Translations under genes and position numbers: made by a program
NCBI GenBank assembly: GCA_036401495.1
Contig: DASWUV010000086.1
Span: 396 to 64,395, forward strand
Reading direction: 5' to 3'
DNA length: 64,000 nucleotides
DNA from: Pseudonocardia sp.
Lineage (GTDB): Bacteria > Actinomycetota > Actinomycetes > Mycobacteriales > Pseudonocardiaceae
Shown here: positions 9,143 through 18,607 of the stretch, piece by piece
How the letters are laid out: the number at the start of each line of letters is the position of its first letter
How positions within the stretch are numbered: position 1 is the stretch's first letter
The notes under the pieces: generated by a model
Told to the model about the DNA's origin: nothing
Databases searched by the model: none
What the model saw: the letters and a program-made list of their open reading frames with translations, nothing else

Positions 9143-9481
9143 TCAGCCGCGGAACGGGCGCGTGATCAGCAAGTACAGGAGTCCGCCGCCGCCTGTTCCC
9201 GCAACGGTGAGGGCCACAGCCAACAGCAGCTTGCCGCCCGGAAGCTGTCCGGCCGCCGGGAGGGCCTGCCGCAGCCGTCGGGAGCGCCGCTCGGCCAGCG
9301 CCCAGAGGACCCCGGACAGCGTCAGCACGAGGCCACCCGCAGCCAGGCCCCACGCGCCGAGGGTCGGCAGCAGCCGCATGATCGCCAGGGCGAAGGCGAC
9401 GAGACCGAGCATCGTCCGGCGCCAGGCGAGCCCGGTGCGCTCCGCCTGCAGGCCCGGGTCGAACAGTGGCGGTTCGGTCAT
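9143..9481 (-). CDS. DUF202 (YidH-like) membrane protein
   Basis: The QAERTGLAWRRTML motif followed by TM helices. The ATG at 9481 overlaps the upstream stop (ATGA). Confidence 0.6.
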   Translation of the reverse strand: MTEPPLFDPGLQAERTGLAWRRTMLGLVAFALAIMRLLPTLGAWGLAAGGLVLTLSGVLWALAERRSRRLRQALPAAGQLPGGKLLLAVALTVAGTGGGGLLYLLITRPFRG

Positions 9482-9843
9482 GGCGTGACCGCCGCGAGCA
9501 GCACGAGCACCGCCACCGCGACCACGCCCGCGGCCAGTAACGGAAGGATGCGCGACGGCGGCAACGCCCTGCGCTGCCGCAGCGCCAACTCGGTGGCGCC
9601 CCAGCCGAACCACGCGAGCACCGGCACGGCGACGCCCATCACCAGCAGGATGACGGCGGCCGCCAGCCGCAGGCCCGGCTGCAGCGGGAGGCCGAGGGCC
9701 TCCAGAGCGACGCCGCCCGCGACGAGGCCGAGGGCGGTACGGATCCAGGCGAGGAATGTCCGCTCGTTGGCCAGCGAGAACCGTGGGTCAGGCTCGCCGC
9801 CGTGTCGGTAGACCCAGCGCGGGAACCGCGTCGGACTCATCAC
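9478..9843 (-). CDS. DUF202 (YidH-like) membrane protein
   Basis: The LANERTFLAWIRTAL motif followed by three TM helices. Confidence 0.65.
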   Translation of the reverse strand: MMSPTRFPRWVYRHGGEPDPRFSLANERTFLAWIRTALGLVAGGVALEALGLPLQPGLRLAAAVILLVMGVAVPVLAWFGWGATELALRQRRALPPSRILPLLAAGVVAVAVLVLLAAVTP

Positions 9844-9892
9844 CGCAGCGTAGGGGACCCCGCCACCCGCCCGGCCCCGTCGCGCCCAGGGA

Positions 9893-10741
9893 TCAGACTT
9901 TGCGGCCGACGCCGCCGGACTCGGAGACGTCAGGCGCGTTGCCGAACATGCTGAGCTCCGGGCGCCAGAGGTGGATCGGCAGCACGCCGGGCTCGATGAG
10001 CTCCAGTCCTTCGTAGAAGCCTGCGATCTGCTCGGTGGTGCGGACGTTGTAGGGGACGCCGCCGCTGTCGCGGTAGTGCTCGATCGCGGCCAGGTAGGCG
10101 GGGCTGCTGTCGGTGCCGTCGGTCTCGACGAAGAAGCTGCCGGACGGCAGGCCCTCGATCAGCCGACGGACGATCGAGCGGGCTTCGTCGTAGTCCGCGA
10201 CGTGCCCGAGCACGCCGATCATCAACAACGCGATCGGCTGGTCGAAGTCGAGCGTCTTGCGCGCCTCCGCCAGGATCTCGCCGGGGTCGTGCATGTCCGC
10301 GTCGATGTAGCTGGTAACGCCTTCCGGCGAACTGGTGAGCAGTGCGCGGGCGTGCGTCAGCACGAGCGGGTCGTTGTCGACGTAGACGATCCGCGCCTCA
10401 GGAGCCGCCTGCTGCGCCACCTCGTGGGTGTTGTTGGCCGTCGGCAGGCCGGTGCCGATGTCGAGGAACTGCCGCACACCCGCTTCGAGCACCAGGTAGC
10501 GCACCGCGCGGGCCAGGAACTGGCGGCACGCGCGCGCCTTGTCGAGCTGTTGCGGGTAGAAGGTGAGGAACTCGTCGCCCGCCGCCCGGTCGGCCTGGAA
10601 GTTGTCCTTCCCGCCCAGCCAGTAGTTCCAGATGCGCGCCGAATGGGGGACTGAGACGTCGATGTCGCGAAGCGCCTGGCCGCCGTCATTCGTGCCTGCC
10701 ATCAAACCCCTCGCTGCCTCTCGCGTAACACGGTCGATCAA
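9893..10741 (-). CDS. SAM-dependent methyltransferase (actinobacterial DUF574 type)
   Basis: ARIWNYWLGGKDNF ... RQFLDIGTGLPT motifs. Confidence 0.7.
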   Translation of the reverse strand: MIDRVTREAARGLMAGTNDGGQALRDIDVSVPHSARIWNYWLGGKDNFQADRAAGDEFLTFYPQQLDKARACRQFLARAVRYLVLEAGVRQFLDIGTGLPTANNTHEVAQQAAPEARIVYVDNDPLVLTHARALLTSSPEGVTSYIDADMHDPGEILAEARKTLDFDQPIALLMIGVLGHVADYDEARSIVRRLIEGLPSGSFFVETDGTDSSPAYLAAIEHYRDSGGVPYNVRTTEQIAGFYEGLELIEPGVLPIHLWRPELSMFGNAPDVSESGGVGRKV

Positions 10742-10794
10742 ACCTTAGACCCCGGTGCTACAGACCGTGGCCGGGCGCGCGAAGGCCCGATACT

Positions 10795-11961
10795 GTGAGG
10801 CCGCCCAGCGACGACACCGGAGGCCCCGGCGAGATGCTCAGTGACCCGGCTCCCCGGCCGCCGCGCAGCTACGACCCCACGATCGCGCCCCACCGCGACG
10901 GCGACGTGATCCACGTCCACGACTACTCGACCGTTCGCGGGCTGCTGCGCGACGCGCAGCGGGTCACGTCGGACGTCACCGAGATGCTCACCCCCGAGGA
11001 CCGCGACCGGCTGCACCCGGTCAGCGCGTTCGTGTGGGCCACCGACCGCAAGACCATCAGCGGCGGTCCCGGCAGGCACGCCACGCTGCGCACGCTCATG
11101 GCGCCGTGGTTCACGGCGTCGGCGGTCGCCGAGCGCCGGTCGTCGGCGCTGTCGGTGTGCGGGCGGCTCGTGGCCGCCACCGACCGGCCGTTCGACGTGT
11201 ACAACGACTACGCGCTGCCCGCGGTCGTGACCTACATGGCCGACTGGCTCGGCATCGACGAGTCAGACGTGCGGTACGCGATCGCGGACCAGATCGCGGC
11301 GGGCGACATGTTCGAGACATGGCCCGCGTTCGCCACCCCGGAGATGGACGACCACTACCGCGCGCTGATGCGCGGGCCCGACCTCGGCGGCGTGGCCGCT
11401 GCGGTCCGGCACATGTTCGCGGCGGGGGACATCGGCGAGCGCGAGGCGTGGGGGATCGTCTACTCGATCTCGGTCAGCTCGGTGGCGACGGCCGCGTCGA
11501 TCACGCTCGCGGTCGGACTCGCGATCGAGCACGACCTGTGGCACCGCATGGACGACCCCGACTACGCCCGGGCGGCGATCGAGGAAGCCGTCCGTCTCGG
11601 CAACCCGTTTCCGCAGGCCAGCAGATTCGTGCGCGAGCCGTTCATGATCGGGGACGTGGCTGCGCGGCCCGGCGACCAGGTCCTGATGTGGCTCACCGCG
11701 GCCAACCGCGGCCTGCCCGGCCCACACGCGCAGCCCCTTGACCGGTTCGACCCCCAGCGGGACAACTCCCACCACGTCGGCTGGGGTTCGGGCTACCACC
11801 TCTGCGCAGGCGTGCACCACGCCCGTTCGATTGCTGCCGCCGCGGTGACCACCCTCGCCCGGCAGTGCCCGAACCTCGGCATCGCCATGCCGTGGAAGCG
11901 GTTCGTCGGCATCGACGACGGGTTCGTGGCCGCCCCGGCGACCCCGTACGGCGCGTCGTGA
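10795..11961 (+). CDS. Cytochrome P450-like protein
   Basis: ExxR (EEAVRLGNPF) and a Cys-ligand loop WGSGYHLCAG. An alternative start is at 10834. Confidence 0.6.
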   Translation: MRPPSDDTGGPGEMLSDPAPRPPRSYDPTIAPHRDGDVIHVHDYSTVRGLLRDAQRVTSDVTEMLTPEDRDRLHPVSAFVWATDRKTISGGPGRHATLRTLMAPWFTASAVAERRSSALSVCGRLVAATDRPFDVYNDYALPAVVTYMADWLGIDESDVRYAIADQIAAGDMFETWPAFATPEMDDHYRALMRGPDLGGVAAAVRHMFAAGDIGEREAWGIVYSISVSSVATAASITLAVGLAIEHDLWHRMDDPDYARAAIEEAVRLGNPFPQASRFVREPFMIGDVAARPGDQVLMWLTAANRGLPGPHAQPLDRFDPQRDNSHHVGWGSGYHLCAGVHHARSIAAAAVTTLARQCPNLGIAMPWKRFVGIDDGFVAAPATPYGAS

Positions 11962-12124
11962 CGATGAGGCCGCTGTCCGGAGTAAATACACCTCGACACG
12001 GCGACAAAGTGTCGAAGCCCCCAGTCCGAACCCGACGTACGCCCGATAGGGTCCGCATCGCTGCGGTCGGTGAGCGACAACCACAGCCTTTATCCATTCA
12101 GCCACTCGACTGCCGGAGCGAAGT

Positions 12125-13609
12125 ATGCGGGAGGACGCGACGATGGGCGCTGACCGTGGAGGGCTGCCGGAGGGTCGGGCACGCCACTCCGTCGACACCC
12201 GATCCGAGGGCATCGGGCCTGGAGGCTTTGAGCGCAACGGCGTAGACCGCGTTCCGGAGGGCGACCGCACGTCGACGCCCGGCACGTTCTTCGTCGTGTT
12301 CGTCGGCGGCTCCGTCGGCCTCGGCGCCATCGCCTTCGGATGGGTGGCGATGACGTTCGGCCTGGGCCTCTGGGCCACGATCTCGGCGGTCGCGGTGGGC
12401 ACCGTGGTCGGCCAGATCCTGCTGGTCCCCCTGATCCTCATCGGGTCCAAGACGGCGACCAACAACGCGACGTCGTCCGGTGCGACGTTCGGCGTCCGCG
12501 GTCGGATCATCGGCAGCGGCATCGGGCTGCTGACCACACTGGTCTCGGTGGCCCTCACGGTCTGGACCAGCGGCTCCGCCGGGGCGGCCGCCGCGGGCAG
12601 GCTCTTCGGCTGGCCGGACACGCCGCTGGTCGAGGGCATCGGCTACGCGCTGGTCGCGATCGTCTCGGTGGCGGTGGCGATCTGGGGCTTCCGCTGGCTG
12701 GTGCGCGCCACGACCATCGTCTTCGTCCTGGGCGGCCTGGTCATGATCCTCATGCCGTTCGCCTTCGGGGGCGGCATCAAGTGGGACTACGCGGGCGGCC
12801 AGTACCTGCTCGGTGACTTCTGGCCGACGTGGCTGCTGGTCGCGACGACGATCGGGGTCGCGGGCGCGCTGGTCGTCTGCACGATCCTCGGCGACTGGAC
12901 CCGCTACATCCGCTCCGACCTGCACTCGTCGAGCAAGCTGGCGTGGATCGGCTCGCTCGGGATCTTCCTGGGCTTCGTGGTCCCCGCCGCGATCGGGGCG
13001 ATCGTGACGACGGCCGTCACCGATCCCCAGGCGCCGTTCACGGTCAGCGTGGCCAACGAGTCACCCACCTGGTACGCGGTGCTGCTGCTCCCGTTCGCCG
13101 TGTTCGGCGGCGTCGGGCTGGTGGCCCAGTCGCTCTACAGCGCGGGCCTCGACCTCGAGGCGCTGGTGGTCCGCCTCACGCGGGCGCAGTCCACGGTCGT
13201 GATCGCCGTGGTCGGGGTCGTGCTCATGTACCTCGGGCTGCTGTCGGCCGTCCAGGCCTCCATCGCCGCGGCCCTGCTCATCATGGCGGAGCTCAGCGCG
13301 CCGTGGGCGGTGATCGTCGGCATCGGCTACCTGCGGTCGCACGGCCGCTACGACCAGGACGACTTGCAGGTGTTCAACCGCAGGGAGACCGGCGGCCGGT
13401 ACTGGTACTCCGGAGGCTGGCGGTGGCAGGCCGCGCTGGCCTGGGCGGTCGGCTCGGTCATCGGCCTGCTGATGATCCAGACCCAGCTGTTCATGGGCCC
13501 GCTCTCGGGCATCGCGGGCGGCGTCGACGTCAGCCTCATCGCGGCTTCGGTCGTTGCCGGCGTCCTCTACCTCGTGCTCACCCCCCACCAGGACGCACCT
13601 GCGTTCTAG
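12125..13609 (+). CDS. NCS1 family (purine-cytosine/allantoin type) permease
   Basis: About 12 TM helices. The N-terminal RVPEGDRTSTPGTFFVVFVG segment is typical of cytosine-permease-like proteins. Confidence 0.7.
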   Translation: MREDATMGADRGGLPEGRARHSVDTRSEGIGPGGFERNGVDRVPEGDRTSTPGTFFVVFVGGSVGLGAIAFGWVAMTFGLGLWATISAVAVGTVVGQILLVPLILIGSKTATNNATSSGATFGVRGRIIGSGIGLLTTLVSVALTVWTSGSAGAAAAGRLFGWPDTPLVEGIGYALVAIVSVAVAIWGFRWLVRATTIVFVLGGLVMILMPFAFGGGIKWDYAGGQYLLGDFWPTWLLVATTIGVAGALVVCTILGDWTRYIRSDLHSSSKLAWIGSLGIFLGFVVPAAIGAIVTTAVTDPQAPFTVSVANESPTWYAVLLLPFAVFGGVGLVAQSLYSAGLDLEALVVRLTRAQSTVVIAVVGVVLMYLGLLSAVQASIAAALLIMAELSAPWAVIVGIGYLRSHGRYDQDDLQVFNRRETGGRYWYSGGWRWQAALAWAVGSVIGLLMIQTQLFMGPLSGIAGGVDVSLIAASVVAGVLYLVLTPHQDAPAF

Positions 13610-13621
13610 TGACGTTTTCGT

Positions 13622-13653
13622 GAGCGGTGGGCCGCTCAGGTGGCCCACCTCTC
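13622..13653 (+). terminator. Short GC stem-loop after the permease gene
   Basis: GGTGGGCC / GGCCCACC stem with an 8-nt loop. Confidence 0.3.
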
Positions 13654-13704
13654 ACCCACTTGCCCTCACCTGTATTTTCCCCATTCCGGCGTAGTGTCAC
13701 GGAG

Positions 13705-14562
13705 ATGCGACCGGTCGAGGCCGCGTCGCCGGTTGGGGAACCGGAGGCGGTACCAAGGGGCCGGTCCCGACGGCGGAGGCGGCGTGCGCTGCTGATCTGT
13801 GCTGCCCTCGTCGTCGTGCTGCTCGCGGCGGCGTTCTGGTGGGTCAGGTCCGCTGGGCCTGCCCCCCTCACCGCGGCCGACGTCGACCAGGCGGTGCAGC
13901 GCGGCCTGCAACAGGCGCAGCAGCAGCAACGCAAGACTCCGCCGGACGCCACCATCGCCGACCGGACGATCACTCCTTCGCTCGTCACGGTCACCGCTGA
14001 GCGCACCGACCCCGCGGCGGCGGCGGGCAGCCTCGACACCCGGCTGGGCAGCGGCGTGATCATCGACGCCGGGGGAGCCGTCCTCACGGCGCTGCACGTC
14101 GTTGACGGAGCAAGCCAGATCCAGGCCGCGTTCGCCGACGGCACCAAGACCACGGCGCACATCACTGCCGCCAAGCCCGAGAACGACATCGCGGTGCTGG
14201 CCGTCGACCAGCTGCCCGACGTGGTGGTGCCCGCGGTCATGGCGGGGCCGCCACCGGTCGGGGACGCGGTCTACGCCGTCGGCAACCCGCTCGGCCTACA
14301 GCACAGCCTGTCCGCTGGCGTCGTGTCCGCGACCGACCGCAGCATCGAGACGGCCAACGGCACGACGCTGAGCGGCCTCATCCAGTTCGACGCGGCCGTC
14401 AACCCCGGCAACAGCGGCGGCCCGCTGCTCAACCGCGCGGGTCAGGTGGTCGGCATCGTCACCGGGTTGGCCAACCCGGCCAAGCAGGACTTCTTCGTCG
14501 GAATCGGCTTCGCCGTCCCGATCGCCACGGCGGGGGGCGTGGCGGGCGGACCCCAACAATGA
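13705..14562 (+). CDS. Trypsin-like serine protease (S1C/HtrA-like), membrane anchored
   Basis: An Arg-rich stretch plus a TM helix, then TALHVV (His), NDIAVL (Asp) and GNSGGPLLN (Ser). Start uncertain (13627..13705). Confidence 0.75.
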   Translation: MRPVEAASPVGEPEAVPRGRSRRRRRRALLICAALVVVLLAAAFWWVRSAGPAPLTAADVDQAVQRGLQQAQQQQRKTPPDATIADRTITPSLVTVTAERTDPAAAAGSLDTRLGSGVIIDAGGAVLTALHVVDGASQIQAAFADGTKTTAHITAAKPENDIAVLAVDQLPDVVVPAVMAGPPPVGDAVYAVGNPLGLQHSLSAGVVSATDRSIETANGTTLSGLIQFDAAVNPGNSGGPLLNRAGQVVGIVTGLANPAKQDFFVGIGFAVPIATAGGVAGGPQQ

Positions 14563-14604
14563 TTTCTCGGCAATGACCTGAAGGCCCTGCGACCCGGGAG
14601 ACCC

Positions 14605-15606
14605 ATGGACCACAACGCCGAAACGCCGCAGCTTCCGCTCGAACCGACCCTTTACCAGGTCAAGAAGACGATCGTGGGCCAGGACGGGCTGCTGGAGCGG
14701 ATGCTCGTGGCGCTGCTGGCCAGGGGCCACCTGCTCGTCGAGGGCGTTCCCGGGCTCGCGAAGACGATGGCGATCAAGACGCTCGCCCGCGCGATCGGCG
14801 GCCAGTTCCAGCGCATCCAGTTCACCTCCGACCTCGTGCCCGCCGACGTCGTCGGCACGCGCATCTACAACCAGCGCGACGGCGAGTTCCAGGTGTCGTT
14901 CGGTCCGGTCTTCACCAACCTCCTGCTCGCCGACGAGATCAACCGCGCGCCCGCGAAAGTGCAGAGCGCGCTGCTGGAGGTCATGCAGGAACGGCAGGTG
15001 ACGATCGGACGTGAGACGTTCCCGGCGCCCGACCCGTTCCTGGTCATGGCGACCCAGAACCCGATCGAGTCCGAGGGCACCTTCCCCCTGCCCGAAGCGC
15101 AGCTCGACCGCTTCATGTTCAAGGTGCTCGTGGGCTATCCGACGACCACACAGGAGTATGTCGTGGTCGAGCGGATGATCGGGGCGCCGGAGCGGGTGGA
15201 CGCGGTGATCGACACCCCGGACCTGCTCGAGTTCCAGCGCGCGGCCGACGCCGTCTACGTCGACCCGCAGATCATCGAGTACGCCGTCCGCATCAGCACC
15301 GCGACCCGCGACCTCGCCGCGGTCGGCCTCCCCGAGCTCGCCCGCTACGTGTCGTTCGGTGCGAGCCCCCGTGCGTCGATCAACATGGTGCTCGGGGCCA
15401 AGGCGCTCGCCTTCCTGCGCGGCCGCGACTACGCCCTGCCAAGCGACGCCCGCGAGCTGGCCGCGGACGTGCTGCGGCACCGCATCGTGCTGTCCTACGA
15501 GGCGCTCGCCGACGACGTCTCGCCCGACGCGATCCTCGATCCCCTCCTGGCCGCTGTCGCGCTCCCGCGGGTCGAGCCCGGTGTGCCCACCGGCCGCAGG
15601 TCGTGA
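14605..15606 (+). CDS. moxR: MoxR family AAA+ ATPase
   Basis: Walker A GVPGLAKT, Walker B LLADEINRA, about 330 aa. Confidence 0.9.
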   Translation: MDHNAETPQLPLEPTLYQVKKTIVGQDGLLERMLVALLARGHLLVEGVPGLAKTMAIKTLARAIGGQFQRIQFTSDLVPADVVGTRIYNQRDGEFQVSFGPVFTNLLLADEINRAPAKVQSALLEVMQERQVTIGRETFPAPDPFLVMATQNPIESEGTFPLPEAQLDRFMFKVLVGYPTTTQEYVVVERMIGAPERVDAVIDTPDLLEFQRAADAVYVDPQIIEYAVRISTATRDLAAVGLPELARYVSFGASPRASINMVLGAKALAFLRGRDYALPSDARELAADVLRHRIVLSYEALADDVSPDAILDPLLAAVALPRVEPGVPTGRRS

Positions 15607-15630
15607 CGGGCACTCGATGACGGGGCCGCG

Positions 15631-16524
15631 ATGACCGACACGGGAGCGCTGACACCGGAGCGCGTGCTGCGCAGGCTGGAGTGGCGCGTCCTGCGGCGGC
15701 TGGACGGGCGGCTGTCGGGCGACTACCGGACGGTGTTCCGCGGCACCGGCGTCGACGTCGCGGACCTGCGCGAGTACCAGTTCGGCGACGACCTGCGCCA
15801 CATCGACTGGAACGTCACCGCGCGCACCGAGACCACGCACGTCCGCGAGTACCTGGAAGACCGCGAGGTCACGGCGTGGCTGCTGCTCGACGCGTCGGCC
15901 TCGATGGACTTCGGCCCGGTGGAGCGGCGCAAGCACCTCGTGCTCACCGAGGTCGCGGCGACGGTGGCGCAGCTGCTGTCCCGCGGCGGCAACCGCGTCG
16001 GCGCGCTGTTCTTCGACGCGCAGGTCCGCGACACCATCCCGCCCGGCAACGGCCGCAACCACGTCCTGCGCATCCTGAAGCGGATGCTGACCTCATCGGG
16101 GAGCGCCACGCCGGGCGTCACCGATCTCGCGACGGCGCTGCGTGCCGCCCTCGGGATCGTGCGCAGGCGGTCCCTGATCGTGATCGTCTCGGACTTCCTC
16201 AGCTCGCCCGGCTGGCAGGGGCTGCTCAAGCAGCTTGCCCGCCGCCACGACGTGGTCGCCATCCAGGTCGTCGACCGGCGCGAGTTCGAGCTGCCTGCGG
16301 CGGGGATGATCTACGTCGAGGACGCGGAGACCGGTGAGGTCATCTTCGTCGACACCGACGACCCCGGGTTCCAGCGGCGCCTTCGGGAGCAGGCCGACGA
16401 GCGGCAGGCCACCCTCGTGGCCGACCTGCGGTCGGCGGGCCTCGACCTGTTCACGGTGTCCACGGACGAGGACCTGGTGCGGGCGCTGTTCCGGGTCGCT
16501 GTGCTGCGCAGGAGGCGCAGATGA
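15631..16524 (+). CDS. DUF58 domain protein
   Basis: The YQFGDDLRHIDWNVTAR motif, positioned after moxR. Confidence 0.8.
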   Translation: MTDTGALTPERVLRRLEWRVLRRLDGRLSGDYRTVFRGTGVDVADLREYQFGDDLRHIDWNVTARTETTHVREYLEDREVTAWLLLDASASMDFGPVERRKHLVLTEVAATVAQLLSRGGNRVGALFFDAQVRDTIPPGNGRNHVLRILKRMLTSSGSATPGVTDLATALRAALGIVRRRSLIVIVSDFLSSPGWQGLLKQLARRHDVVAIQVVDRREFELPAAGMIYVEDAETGEVIFVDTDDPGFQRRLREQADERQATLVADLRSAGLDLFTVSTDEDLVRALFRVAVLRRRRR

Positions 16525-17507
16525 TCTTCGCATGGCCGTGGATGCTGCTCGCCCTCTTCGCCGTCCCGCTCGTCGTCCTCTGGTACCGCAGGCTGCTGCG
16601 CCTGCGGGCCGAGCGCCGCGACCGGCTGGCCGCGCTCGGCCTCGTGGCCGCGGGCCCCGCTGCGCCCCGGTGGCGACGGCAACTGCCTCCCGCGCTGCTG
16701 CTCGTCGCGTTGGCGGTGTTGGTGACGGCGCTGGCCAGACCGGAGGCCACCGTGCCTCAGCCCCGCAGGGAGGGCACCGTGATCCTCGCCTTCGACGTGT
16801 CGGCCAGCATGGCGGCCAAGGACATCACGCCCACCCGCATCGACGCCGCGAAGGCGGCGGCGCGCGCGTTCGTCCAACGCCAGCCCAGTACCGTCCGCGT
16901 GGGCGTGGTGGCGTTCAGCAGCAGCGGACTGGTCACCCAGCCGCCCACCGCGGACCAGGCGACCGTGCTCGCCGCGATCGACCGGCTCACACCGCAGGGC
17001 GGCACCGCGCTGGCGAGCGGACTGCAGACCTCGCTCTCCTCGATCGTCGGGCGACCGGTTCTCCTCGACGCGCCGAGCGACCCGCTCGAGCCACGGGGGC
17101 CCGACCTCGGCTACCACGGCTCGGCGGCGGTCATCCTGCTGACCGACGGCGAGAACACGGTCGGGCCGGACCCGCTCGACGTCGCCGACGTCGCCTCCGG
17201 TGCTGGGGTGCACGTCTACCCGATCGGGCTCGGCAGCCCCCAGGGCACCGTGCTGGAGATCGACGGCTTCCAGGTCGCGACCGCGCTGAACGAGCCGCTG
17301 CTGCAGGAGATCGCGTCCCGGACCGACGGCAAGTACTTCGCGGCGGACGACCAGAAGGCGTTGGCTGCGGTGTACGACTCCATCGACCTGACGTGGACGG
17401 TGACGAACGAGCACATCGAGCTGACCGCGATCTTCGCGGGGGTCGCGGCGCTGTTGGTGCTCGCCGGGGTTGGTTTGTCCTTCGTGTGGTTCGGCAGGGC
17501 GGTGTAG
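16521..17507 (+). CDS. VWA domain protein (BatA-like)
   Basis: N-terminal TM helices and the MIDAS motif DVSASM. Start/stop overlap with the DUF58 gene. Confidence 0.8.
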   Translation: MIFAWPWMLLALFAVPLVVLWYRRLLRLRAERRDRLAALGLVAAGPAAPRWRRQLPPALLLVALAVLVTALARPEATVPQPRREGTVILAFDVSASMAAKDITPTRIDAAKAAARAFVQRQPSTVRVGVVAFSSSGLVTQPPTADQATVLAAIDRLTPQGGTALASGLQTSLSSIVGRPVLLDAPSDPLEPRGPDLGYHGSAAVILLTDGENTVGPDPLDVADVASGAGVHVYPIGLGSPQGTVLEIDGFQVATALNEPLLQEIASRTDGKYFAADDQKALAAVYDSIDLTWTVTNEHIELTAIFAGVAALLVLAGVGLSFVWFGRAV

Positions 17508-17509
17508 CG

Positions 17510-18586
17510 ATGGGTGTCCAGTGGCCGTTCGTCCTGTTGTCCCTGCTCGTCCTGCCGCTGCTGGTGGCCGTGTACGTCGGGCAGCTGCGCCGACGGCGCA
17601 GGCAAGCCGTACGGCACTCGAGCGTTGCCCTGATCAAGGCGGCGGCCCCGCGCCGCTCGGCGTGGAAGCGGCACCTGCCGTTCGCGTTGGTCCTGGGCGC
17701 GCTGGCCCTGCTCGGCATCGCCGCGTCGCGGCCGCACGTCAGCACCCGGGTGCCGATCTCGGACTCGGCCATCATCCTGGCGCTCGACGTGTCGGGCTCC
17801 ATGTGCTCCACCGACGTGGCGCCCAACCGGCTGACGGCGGCGGAGACGGCCGTGCGGGACTTCGTGCAGAACCAGGACGCCGACACCCGGATCGGGCTGG
17901 TGGTGTTCTCCGGGTTCGCGCAGCTCACCGTCGCTCCGACGACCGAGCGCGACGCCCTGCTGCGCAGCCTCGACACGCTCACCACGGGTCGGGGCACCGC
18001 GATCGGCGCCGCCGTCCTGAAGTCGGTGGACGCGATCGCCGAGATCGACCCGGAGGTCGCGCCGTCGGATCCCGGGTCCGCCGGGGGCGCGGCGGCGCCG
18101 AGGGCCCGGCCACCGGGCACCTTCGCTCCCGAGATCGTCGTGTTGCTCACCGACGGCGCGAACACCACCGGTGTCGAGCCTGCGCTCGCCGCCAAGACGG
18201 CCGCCGAGCGGGGGGTACGCGTCTACCCGATCGGGTTCGGCACGAGCAATCCGGCGTCGATGGTGTGTTCGGCGGCCCAGCTCGGCGGACACACCTTCGA
18301 GGGCTTCGGCGGCCGCCCAGCCGTCGGGACCCCCGTCACGAGCGGCGGGCGCAACTTCCTGGTCGCCGACGAGTCGACGCTGCGCGACGTGGCTTCCACC
18401 ACCGGCGGCGAGTACTTCTCGGCAGGCGACGCGGGCAGGCTGCAGTCCGTGCTGAAGGACCTCCCGCGCAGCGTGGCGACCCAGCAACGGGACGTCGAGA
18501 TCAGCGTCGTACCGGTCGCGCTGGCCGCGGCCCTGCTGCTGGCGAGCCTGTGGGCGGCGGCCCGCTGGACGGCGTTCCCCGGCTAG
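17510..18586 (+). CDS. VWA domain protein (BatB-like)
   Basis: MIDAS DVSGSM and a C-terminal TM helix. Only the last part of track ORF 16334..18586 is real. Confidence 0.8.
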   Translation: MGVQWPFVLLSLLVLPLLVAVYVGQLRRRRRQAVRHSSVALIKAAAPRRSAWKRHLPFALVLGALALLGIAASRPHVSTRVPISDSAIILALDVSGSMCSTDVAPNRLTAAETAVRDFVQNQDADTRIGLVVFSGFAQLTVAPTTERDALLRSLDTLTTGRGTAIGAAVLKSVDAIAEIDPEVAPSDPGSAGGAAAPRARPPGTFAPEIVVLLTDGANTTGVEPALAAKTAAERGVRVYPIGFGTSNPASMVCSAAQLGGHTFEGFGGRPAVGTPVTSGGRNFLVADESTLRDVASTTGGEYFSAGDAGRLQSVLKDLPRSVATQQRDVEISVVPVALAAALLLASLWAAARWTAFPG

Positions 18587-18607
18587 TGCGAAAGCCGGTT
18601 CCGGCGA

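Noticed and set aside
11962-12124. The leader of the NCS1 permease, considered as a possible riboswitch (TPP or purine).
   Set aside because: I could not find the conserved TPP (CUGAGA...ACCUGAUCUGGAUAAUGCCAGCG) or purine-riboswitch core sequences. There is only a short CGACAC/GTGTCG hairpin.
16334-18586. A 750-aa plus-strand ORF that looks like one large protein.
   Set aside because: The first roughly 390 codons are an out-of-frame overlap with the DUF58 and first VWA genes and give an Arg/Pro-rich translation. Real coding starts at the ATG at 17510 (MGVQWPFVLL...).
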